A stretch of 64,000 nucleotides of DNA. Source: Escherichia phage vB_EcoM_Lh1B. The position numbers were made by a program, and so were the translations under genes. The stretch is from the sequence record OK428535.1. One strand, written 5' to 3'. The notes below the pieces were generated by a model, which was not told the DNA's origin, did no database searches, and saw only the letters and a program-made list of their open reading frames with translations. Positions 27,769 to 35,962 of the stretch are shown here, one piece after another (position 1 is the first letter of the stretch; every line of letters begins with the position of its first letter).

Positions 27769-29181
27769 ATGCTATTTTACTCGAAGGAGTCGGCACTGCT
27801 TGTATACGACCAAGTCAATCGGGATAATCCTGATTTAGTTGTTAAGCTGACGCCGGCTATCGCTGCTTTAACCAGCGGCCCAACTTCAGTTACGTTAAAC
27901 CAGCGTAACACCAAAGCTGTTTTCACCGGGTATCCAGGGACAGGTGTACAAGGTAATGTTACCGTGTACTACGACCGGATTAACCTGGCCACTTTATTTA
28001 ATTTTGTGCCGACTGTGGCTATCAAAGATACAGTCTTAACGGTACGAGACGCGCTACCTGCAATAAACGACGCATTGGGGCTTACATTAGTTGCTTCTGA
28101 TTTGCAGTCACCTGACGCAAGTTTACCTAAACCGAGCGCTTCGCCGCAGACGTTGAAATTAAATATCTCAGGTAATTGCCCTGCGTTTACAGGCAGCTTA
28201 ACGATACGTTATACCGTCCCGAGTGGTGCAATTTACCCCGATTCTGGACCTGGCCCTAAAACGTTGCTGCAAGGTAACACTATCGCGGGTTATTTCGGAA
28301 CAACCACAATTGCAGAGTTGTTTACACACTCTCAACTTCTTAATGCCACTATATCGGCCGGTGCGTTACCACCGGTACATTCTGGTGCCGAAGGTTGGTA
28401 CAAGTTCTTTTACCAGGGTAGGGTTATTTACCTCCCGATTAGTCCTGTCGCTAGCTCCATCTCCTGGAATACGTTATATACAAACGGACTCGTTTACGGA
28501 ACAGACGATAATGGTAAATACCCTGCGGCGACGCCCGTTAACCAGGGACGCATCATTAGCTTTACAGGCGCAGACAACAAAAGGTTTTACTTCCGCGTTC
28601 GTCTACCTAGTGCCGGGAAAGACCCATACGTCAGCGGCACCCCAACTGCCGCTGAGTTAGCAGGTAGTGAGTTTGAGATGTTCAACTTTCTGTATAATGG
28701 AACGTGGGACAAACCGATTAACAGTTACTGGACGCTGTTCTGTTTATTGAAAGATACACTGAACACCAACGTCGCCAATCATCGCATGGCGACGTTGTCT
28801 GGAGCCAGTTGGACAAACTTAGGAAAATCATCGAGCGCAGGCAACTACTACTGGTTCCCGGTGCTAGAGTTGGTGGATAAGTCCACAGTTACCTTGGGTT
28901 TAGAAGATATCCATGGTGCGGTAGATTACAGTCTCCAACCGNNCAGNGTGTCCGCAGAAAANNCNTTTAGNCTCANNCCNTTGGTNCTCGGTAATCCAGA
29001 TACTACCGATTTCGAACCGGTAGTTGTTACTTCAGAAAACAGTTTCGCACNGCATCCGCCTGCTTTAATGCTGCCGAAGACAGTCGACTTCCAACCCATT
29101 GCGGCTACCGCTGAAATGTATACGCCACCCGACAAGACATCGTTAACGTCACTTAACGGTGAACTGGACGGCTTTAAGTAG
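27769..29181 (+). CDS. Paralog family B member 1 (A-type N-module, shared central module, NGELDGF C-terminus)
   Basis: N-terminus LVYDQVNRDNP...NQRNT...YYDRINLATLF; central PDSGPGPKTLLQGN..GYFG and W.KF..GR module; ends LNGELDGFK. Confidence 0.75.
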   Translation: MLFYSKESALLVYDQVNRDNPDLVVKLTPAIAALTSGPTSVTLNQRNTKAVFTGYPGTGVQGNVTVYYDRINLATLFNFVPTVAIKDTVLTVRDALPAINDALGLTLVASDLQSPDASLPKPSASPQTLKLNISGNCPAFTGSLTIRYTVPSGAIYPDSGPGPKTLLQGNTIAGYFGTTTIAELFTHSQLLNATISAGALPPVHSGAEGWYKFFYQGRVIYLPISPVASSISWNTLYTNGLVYGTDDNGKYPAATPVNQGRIISFTGADNKRFYFRVRLPSAGKDPYVSGTPTAAELAGSEFEMFNFLYNGTWDKPINSYWTLFCLLKDTLNTNVANHRMATLSGASWTNLGKSSSAGNYYWFPVLELVDKSTVTLGLEDIHGAVDYSLQPXXVSAEXXFXLXXLXLGNPDTTDFEPVVVTSENSFAXHPPALMLPKTVDFQPIAATAEMYTPPDKTSLTSLNGELDGFK

Positions 29182-29192
29182 AGGTATCATCC

Positions 29193-30191
29193 ATGTCTTT
29201 TACTTTGCGTTGGAAAAATCCAAACGTAATCTCTACGGTAGTAAAAATCTACCGTGACGTTAAAGATATCACACCGAGCGCTTTGCCTGAACCGATTGCA
29301 ACGCTCTCAAATGGCGAGACAGAATGGCGTGATACCACCGCCGCACCAGGCGCAACCTATTATTACCTTCTGACGGTAACCGCCAACGGTAAAACAGTGG
29401 CATCGTCTAGCCAGAAATACACCATTGAGATAAAGCGTGGGATTGGCCCAATGACTATTCTAAACGGTAACGACCGTTTAGGGTTTATGGGTGCGGTTCC
29501 TTACGACGAACAATGGCTTCCGTCGCAAATGCCACCTGCATTTTTGGCGATGTTCCCTAATCTATTAACCGATCGTGTGGCGTTGTATAAATTTACCCGA
29601 AACGGGAAAATCTATTACATGCTATCTAACACGTCGCAGTTCCCGAATACGCCTGTGGACTGGGCTTCCCTCTATCAAGCTGGTTTAGTCTATGGTACGG
29701 GCGATGCTGGTCCAGAGAACGGCCATGGAACGCTACCGGCCACTCCACAAGACGCTAAGATAGTCCACAAAGGGGATACGTACATTATGCGTCTTCCTCG
29801 CGGCCTGACGACGTCTAGCGAGCCTCCTGCGTATCCTTTCGTAGCTGACTATAATGGGAAAACCCATGATGAAATCGCTTCTCTAACCAACCCGTGTGAG
29901 TATAACGATTTACTTTACACGATGGTTAACGAGGTGCCGAAGAAACAGCGTTGGGCTAACTGGGCAACGTACAGTTATAATTATCTGGGGCAGGGTACTT
30001 TGGGAACCTCGGCAACGTATTTCGGCGGTGGTGTTCTCTGTATGGAACACGACACCACGGAAGACCGTGTGCTCCATCGTGGTATTTTTAACAATGCCGG
30101 TGGAACACCCGTATCCGCGATTCAGCGTATAAACTATTTATCACCCACCACGAAAGGGCGTTACTACCCTATCTTTGAACTGGTTGAGTAA
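29193..30191 (+). CDS. Paralog family C member 1 (FN3-like N-terminus plus shared central module)
   Basis: N-terminus VKIYRD...LPEPIATLSNGETEWRDTTAAPGATYYYLLTVTANG looks like a fibronectin-III/Ig-like fold; GTGDAGPENGHG central motif. Confidence 0.7.
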   Translation: MSFTLRWKNPNVISTVVKIYRDVKDITPSALPEPIATLSNGETEWRDTTAAPGATYYYLLTVTANGKTVASSSQKYTIEIKRGIGPMTILNGNDRLGFMGAVPYDEQWLPSQMPPAFLAMFPNLLTDRVALYKFTRNGKIYYMLSNTSQFPNTPVDWASLYQAGLVYGTGDAGPENGHGTLPATPQDAKIVHKGDTYIMRLPRGLTTSSEPPAYPFVADYNGKTHDEIASLTNPCEYNDLLYTMVNEVPKKQRWANWATYSYNYLGQGTLGTSATYFGGGVLCMEHDTTEDRVLHRGIFNNAGGTPVSAIQRINYLSPTTKGRYYPIFELVE

Positions 30192-30200
30192 GGGGCAGTC

Positions 30201-31124
30201 ATGACTATACGGTTAAGCTGGCCGTCTCAAGCCAGTAAAGGTCTTACCGCGATTGAAATCTATCGCAAAGAAGGCTGGAACGCAACTATAGACGTTTACA
30301 ATCCAGGCACGCCCCACGCAACTTTATCTGGCAACGCGGTAGAGTTTGTAGATAATATCGATACCCTGACGAAGAATACAACCTATCGTTACTGGGTAGC
30401 TGCTGTAAAAGACAGTGAACGACTTATCGGCAATCCGATTACGCAAGGATTCTATCCGGACACCGGGCCGGGTCCGCAAACTATTTTGCGTGGTGACTGG
30501 GCTTCAGGTTATTTCGGTACAGTACCGAATACAGAGTTCTTTAATACAGCCGAGTTAAAACTCATGTTAACTGCGCAGCAGGGAAACATGTTTATCTACG
30601 ACCCTCAGGAATGGCACAAGTTTATTTTCCGTGGGCGAATTGTGTTCTTCCCAGCGTCGATGCATTCGAAAACCAACTCGGTACAAATGGCGTATCAGTA
30701 CGGTATGATGTACGGGACCGATGATGTCGGAAGTATTGTTCCGCTGGGAGCCACGGCCACCAAACAAGATTGTAAGGTCACGAAGGATGGTCGTACGTAC
30801 CGTATCCGGTTACCTTACGCAGTCCCGTACGATGCGACTCTCTCAGGACAGGATTACAACAACGGCGAATGGCGAAACACAATGGGCCGTTTGTATCCTG
30901 TCAGTGCACAGTTCCCAGCCCTTGGTCTTGGTGCCATCGATTCAATACCGGCGCAAGGTTCAACTTCCCAGCCTAACGAAACAGGTGCTGCTGCATTAGC
31001 CCCTTTATGGAGCAACAACATTTTCGCTTATGCGTACGGTTATGCGCCTATAGGGATTAGTAACACCTCAGGTGTCGGGAACTCGACCACGATGTTCTTT
31101 GCTTTTGAATTAGTCTTACCGTAA
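30201..31124 (+). CDS. Paralog family C member 2
   Basis: IEIYRKEGWNATIDVYNPGTPHATLSGN...TTYRYWVAAVKD then PDTGPGPQTILRGDWASGYFG and WHKFIFRGR module. Confidence 0.7.
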   Translation: MTIRLSWPSQASKGLTAIEIYRKEGWNATIDVYNPGTPHATLSGNAVEFVDNIDTLTKNTTYRYWVAAVKDSERLIGNPITQGFYPDTGPGPQTILRGDWASGYFGTVPNTEFFNTAELKLMLTAQQGNMFIYDPQEWHKFIFRGRIVFFPASMHSKTNSVQMAYQYGMMYGTDDVGSIVPLGATATKQDCKVTKDGRTYRIRLPYAVPYDATLSGQDYNNGEWRNTMGRLYPVSAQFPALGLGAIDSIPAQGSTSQPNETGAAALAPLWSNNIFAYAYGYAPIGISNTSGVGNSTTMFFAFELVLP

Positions 31125-31137
31125 CGGAGTAAAAGCC

Positions 31138-32634
31138 ATGGGGTTGTATACAGAACCTTCAATGGAACTGCTCTGCCAACAAATTGTGCGTGACAATCCC
31201 GGTTTAGCAGGAAAAATCACCGCTGACTCCATTGGGGTCAGGGGNGTTCCTGTTGCGAAAAACGTTAACGGACGAAACACACAGATTACGTTGGTAGGAA
31301 AACCCGGTAAAGGATTTGCTGGGGAAATAACGGTATATTACGACCGGTTGAATCTGGCCAGTCTATTTAAGTCTGGCCCAAATATGGTGAGTATTCCACG
31401 TAGCGNACAAACCCATGCGGAAGNGTTACCGGCGTTCAATGAATTGAACGGGTTNAACTTAACCGCGAGTGATATCACCAGTCCAAACGTTGCATTAATG
31501 AAATACGCTACGCCGGAAACTGTAACTCTGACGGCGCACGCTAACTCCTTGTGTTATACCGGGTCATGCAAGATGACCTATGTTTACGAACCGATTGCGA
31601 TGTATCCGAAGTCGGGTCCTGGGCCAAAAGGATTAATGGCTGGTAATGAGTTATACGGATTCTTTGGGCTGGTAAGCGCGGAAGAGTTATTCACATCTGA
31701 TGAAATGGTGTATGCCCTCTATAACGGCACCACCTGGCCTAACCGCTACGCTATCAAGTGGCTCAAATTCTTTCTGAATGGGGNGGTAGTGTTTGTTCCG
31801 ACCCGTGCGNTTTGCAACGTTACCTGGGCAGACCTGTACAACAAGGGTGCAATATTTGATTCCGGAGACGCAGGACCTCGCCCGAAGTCGACTTACACAC
31901 CTGTCGATGTTGAACAGTTGAAATACATGGTAAAACGGGATGATGAAGGAACGCATTATTTCAGAATGTCTATCCCGTATTACACCGAGAACGCCGCCGC
32001 GCCTGATTGGAGTAAACCGCCGTCAATCACCTCTATCCTGTCACTGACCAGCAAATTGGGGTCGGTGAACGTATATGGGGAGTGGGGAACTCTTAGCACG
32101 ACTGATGCTAACTTCCTGGATTACGTGTGGTTACGACACCAGTTCGGTGCCGACCAAGCGTATTACCAGTCTATCAGTGGGAGCTATCGTTCATACACCT
32201 ACATCTACACCTCTTCTGGCTTTTGGCCAATCCTGGAGATGTTTGATGTTGCCAATGAACCTGTGCCGTTGATTGACGAAGGTGCAGAATTAACATGGGC
32301 ACCGTCCGTGGTTACTCTGACGGACATCGACCAAAATGAATCGCTTCGTGTGGTGCCTATTACGGAAACCTCCGCTGCAGCGAATCCACGTCCGTTAGTT
32401 TTCAACACCGACAACACCGAAACTGCCACCCCTGCCTGGGTGCGGGAAACGTCATCAGACTCACCACGTCCTCTGCTTGCCACGACGGACAATGATGAAC
32501 GTGCATATTCCGTCGCGGTAACAGGCATGGCTAGCGTTAAGATTAGACCGATTATTCTCACGACTGACCAAATCGCCCAACCTTCAAAAATTACTCTGGG
32601 CGATACTAACGGTGAGTTGGATGGATTCCAATAA
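31138..32634 (+). CDS. Paralog family B member 2
   Basis: N-module LLCQQIVRDNP...GRNTQI...YYDRLNLASLF; PKSGPGPKGLMAGN..GFFG; ends TNGELDGFQ. Confidence 0.75.
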   Translation: MGLYTEPSMELLCQQIVRDNPGLAGKITADSIGVRXVPVAKNVNGRNTQITLVGKPGKGFAGEITVYYDRLNLASLFKSGPNMVSIPRSXQTHAEXLPAFNELNGXNLTASDITSPNVALMKYATPETVTLTAHANSLCYTGSCKMTYVYEPIAMYPKSGPGPKGLMAGNELYGFFGLVSAEELFTSDEMVYALYNGTTWPNRYAIKWLKFFLNGXVVFVPTRAXCNVTWADLYNKGAIFDSGDAGPRPKSTYTPVDVEQLKYMVKRDDEGTHYFRMSIPYYTENAAAPDWSKPPSITSILSLTSKLGSVNVYGEWGTLSTTDANFLDYVWLRHQFGADQAYYQSISGSYRSYTYIYTSSGFWPILEMFDVANEPVPLIDEGAELTWAPSVVTLTDIDQNESLRVVPITETSAAANPRPLVFNTDNTETATPAWVRETSSDSPRPLLATTDNDERAYSVAVTGMASVKIRPIILTTDQIAQPSKITLGDTNGELDGFQ

Positions 32635-32646
32635 GAGGTAACGACA

Positions 32647-33636
32647 ATGGCTTTTACAATTCGTTGGNCGAACAATAACCCTGGGGCTTCGACCGTGAAG
32701 CTGTACCGCGACACCAAACCTCTGGTGCGTACGGCATTACCTGAACCCCTGGCAACGTTCACTAACGGGGAAACTGAGTATACTGACCGAACAGCGATAC
32801 TGGGGACAACGTATTACTACATGACCACTGTGACAGTGGGAAGCCGAACACTGTTCAGTCCGCAGAAATCAATTCTAATTCAGAACCGTCGCGGTATCGG
32901 CATCGTGGCTCCACAGTACGGTGATGACCGCTTTGCGTATTACGGGTACGTGGCGTACGGNGAATTACCTAGNGCGGGNGATTTTCCGCCAGGGTTTGNG
33001 GCCCTTTCTGGATACGACCCAACTGTTAAGCCGGGCTTGATGAAGTTCCAGCTAGACGGTAAAATTCTGTATCTGTTTAGTGGTCTTCGTGTGAACGGCA
33101 ACACGCTGTATAGCCGTGATGCGATTTATAACGCGGGTTTGCTGTACGGTGTGGCGGGACCTGGTCCGGAAGGCGGTCATGGCGATTTACCTGACGTTGA
33201 CCAGGCTGGGGAGTTTACGTGGTTGGGTGACCGCTATCGGATGCGCCTGCTGCGCGGTTTAACACTCGACAGTGAAAGCCCGGTCATGACACTCGATGCA
33301 CAGTGGGACGGTAAACTCCATGACGCGTCACCGTATACTGCCGATAGCGAATACAACCGACTCATCTATGGGATAAGTAGCTGGTTCCCAGAAAAGAAAA
33401 AAGTGATGTCCCTGATAAAGTGGTCGAACTCCAGCATATTTGGAAATGGATNNNTGGTGGCAGGCCGTGGGGCGCATTGTCAGGAGTTTGACCCAGAACN
33501 TAAGTTGGGGCTGACGCGCGGATTGGCGGCGGTGGATTCCACTGATACCGTGGATAACCTCCAGCGTATACAACATGTCCCTGGTGCGACCGTGGGCGGT
33601 ATTTGGATTCCAGTAATCGAGCTTATCGAGGATTAA
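32647..33636 (+). CDS. Paralog family C member 3
   Basis: Collinear with C1 (VKLYRD...LPEPLATFTNGETEYTDRTAILGTTYYYMTTVT...GVAGPGPEGGHG). Confidence 0.7.
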   Translation: MAFTIRWXNNNPGASTVKLYRDTKPLVRTALPEPLATFTNGETEYTDRTAILGTTYYYMTTVTVGSRTLFSPQKSILIQNRRGIGIVAPQYGDDRFAYYGYVAYXELPXAXDFPPGFXALSGYDPTVKPGLMKFQLDGKILYLFSGLRVNGNTLYSRDAIYNAGLLYGVAGPGPEGGHGDLPDVDQAGEFTWLGDRYRMRLLRGLTLDSESPVMTLDAQWDGKLHDASPYTADSEYNRLIYGISSWFPEKKKVMSLIKWSNSSIFGNGXXVAGRGAHCQEFDPEXKLGLTRGLAAVDSTDTVDNLQRIQHVPGATVGGIWIPVIELIED

Positions 33637-33638
33637 TC

Positions 33639-34538
33639 ATGCCTATTACATTACACTTTGCACAACGGAAGCCACAGGCGCTCGATAACATCGAAATCTA
33701 TCGCAAGACGCCGGGCAACGCCACAATTGATGTTAATGCACCGGGAACGCCTCTGGCAACCCTTCCGGGTGACGCTACATCGTACGAAGACAACGCTGTG
33801 GAAAACAACACCACTTACCGTTATTGGATAGCTGCGGTTAAAGACGGTGAGCGTGTCTTCAANACCCCNNCCNCCCAAGGGTTTTTTTTANACNCCGGGN
33901 CNGGCCCCCANAAANTGTTATACGGNGNCNGGCACNCNGGATACTTTGGAANANNAACNCCAGNAGANTTATTCACTAACACGGAACTGAACGGCCTCGT
34001 GGTGAATATGTTCAGTTCCGCCGTTGGTGCCTGGCATAAATTCATTTACAAAAACCGTATTCTGTTTATGTCCGATAACTCGATAATAAACGCTAGCCCG
34101 CAGTTCATTTATAACCAGGGGATGATGTACGGCCAGGATGGCAATGGATATGTACCGGGCTGGGCTACTGCACGTAACCAACGGCGCACGGTGACGAAAA
34201 ACGGTTACGAATACGTGGTGCGCTTGCCGTATTTGTTCGACTACAAATTCTGGACGTCTTACGTTGGAAGCGGTAACACTGAGTTGTATCTCGACGGTGA
34301 GTGGTTTAACACCTTCGCGCGCCTGTACAACNACAGGGGGCGGTTTCCGCGCTTTTACGAACTTCCGGTCGGTTCAATCGATTCGGTTACTGCCCAACAA
34401 TCTGCATTCTTTGCGGCTATGAATAACACGTCCAGTCAGTGGTACAACCGTCCACCTTACCCTGAGTCGCCGTCGTGGAGTAACTACGGTACCACTACAA
34501 TACGCTCCATTGCGGTACTTGAACTCGTTCTGCCTTAA
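33639..34538 (+). CDS. Paralog family C member 4
   Basis: Collinear with C2 (IEIYRKTPGNATIDVNAPGTPLATLPGD...TTYRYWIAAVKDGERVF; WHKFIYKNR module). ATG at 33639 follows GAGGA; heavy N content at 33863-33968. Confidence 0.65.
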   Translation: MPITLHFAQRKPQALDNIEIYRKTPGNATIDVNAPGTPLATLPGDATSYEDNAVENNTTYRYWIAAVKDGERVFXTXXXQGFFLXXGXGPXKXLYXXXHXGYFGXXXPXXLFTNTELNGLVVNMFSSAVGAWHKFIYKNRILFMSDNSIINASPQFIYNQGMMYGQDGNGYVPGWATARNQRRTVTKNGYEYVVRLPYLFDYKFWTSYVGSGNTELYLDGEWFNTFARLYNXRGRFPRFYELPVGSIDSVTAQQSAFFAAMNNTSSQWYNRPPYPESPSWSNYGTTTIRSIAVLELVLP

Positions 34539-34585
34539 CAGGAGACTTCATGGGATNGNATAGCGNACTTCACCATAACAGCTAA

Positions 34586-34618
34586 AAATAGGCCCTTCAG
34601 GGCCTATTTTCTTTTTTA
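34586..34618 (+). terminator. Rho-independent terminator
   Basis: aataggccc-ttca-gggcctatt hairpin followed by a T-run. Confidence 0.7.
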
Positions 34619-34628
34619 GGACGTTGCA

Positions 34629-35948
34629 ATGATCAACTATAACAAACCTGTCATGCAGCTGGTTTGGGATCAGATTAATCGTGATAACCCGCAGCTCAAG
34701 AAACCACTCAACGCAACCAACGTGGCGTTATTACAAGGTCCTTTAACCAATGCCTTGCGCGATGGCCGCAACAGCCGTATAGTGGTAAACGGATTACAGG
34801 GTGGCGGTTACAGCGGTAAGATGGACATCTACTACGACCGCTTAAACCTTTCGCAGTATTTTAAAGGCGTCAGCGTACCGGTTAAAGTACCTTATCGGGC
34901 GACGTCCTACCGCGACATCATCGACCGGATTTCCGCAGCTTGTGGGCTGGTGCTTACTGCTGACGATTTAACGTATCCTGACAGCCAGTTTGCAATGATC
35001 ACTGTGGCAACGGGCGATCGGACGGTGGCGATTAAATCGGATAACCCCGCATTCACGGGTCACATTCCTATTAGCTTTATTCGTGAAGAGCCCAGCTTTG
35101 CCGACTTGTACCACACCACCGAAACCGGAGCTTGGGAACCCATGGATGTTTACAGCACGGTCTATCGACTCGACTGGAGCATGTACACCCAACAGATAAT
35201 CAATATCCCGATGGGTACCCCGCTGCGACTAAACAGTAACTCGTACATGACCCAGTTCATCGCGGCGCTGTCGGCATGGTCGGGCATCCCGTTCACTATC
35301 GGTAATGCTGCTACTGATAACCCGTATGACCTCTATGGGTATGTCGCTACACGCAATAACAACCCAGGCTTAGACCCTGATATGCGTGGGGAGTACAATT
35401 ACTGCGTGAAGTTGACGCCACCTGAGGATATGGGTAATCTCCGCCGTCCGTTCTTCTTGCACTTTGGTCCGAAAAATAACGTGGCCNATTTGGCGCAGGA
35501 AAAGGANGNCGAACGTTATGCGCGTTACATGAGGTTCCGGGAAACCAGCCCAAATTCGATGAGCGTCACGTTGTATCAAAACGAGTACGTGTTGACTCGG
35601 GCAGAATCGCCTGAAACTGCGGATGATTTAACGGGTTCCCCGTATGGCACTCGATACTGTACCGGGAGTATTCGACGGCTGATGCAACACGCGTTTCCGA
35701 CCGAAGAGATGTTCCAAGAAAGTATTGCTAACCGGCGTCGGGTACTGTACCACACTGCTTACACCACCACGACATCAGCTATTACTTACCAGGGACTATA
35801 CCGTAACGGATACCAATCCAAACAAATGACGAGCCTCTACTCGAATTACTGTAACTATTTCATCTATTACGACCCAAGCAAAGGCGGCTATATGGTCTAC
35901 AGTCCATATAGCAAAACCGCCCCGGTCCCTTGGTATCCACCGCTATAG
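34629..35948 (+). CDS. Paralog family D member 1 (A-type N-module, distinct C-terminus)
   Basis: MINYNKPVMQLVWDQINRDNP...GRNSRIVV...YYDRLNLSQYF; C-terminus ...SPYSKTAPVPWYPPL shared with the next gene. Confidence 0.75.
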   Translation: MINYNKPVMQLVWDQINRDNPQLKKPLNATNVALLQGPLTNALRDGRNSRIVVNGLQGGGYSGKMDIYYDRLNLSQYFKGVSVPVKVPYRATSYRDIIDRISAACGLVLTADDLTYPDSQFAMITVATGDRTVAIKSDNPAFTGHIPISFIREEPSFADLYHTTETGAWEPMDVYSTVYRLDWSMYTQQIINIPMGTPLRLNSNSYMTQFIAALSAWSGIPFTIGNAATDNPYDLYGYVATRNNNPGLDPDMRGEYNYCVKLTPPEDMGNLRRPFFLHFGPKNNVAXLAQEKXXERYARYMRFRETSPNSMSVTLYQNEYVLTRAESPETADDLTGSPYGTRYCTGSIRRLMQHAFPTEEMFQESIANRRRVLYHTAYTTTTSAITYQGLYRNGYQSKQMTSLYSNYCNYFIYYDPSKGGYMVYSPYSKTAPVPWYPPL

Positions 35949-35962
35949 ACTAAGGTGTCACC

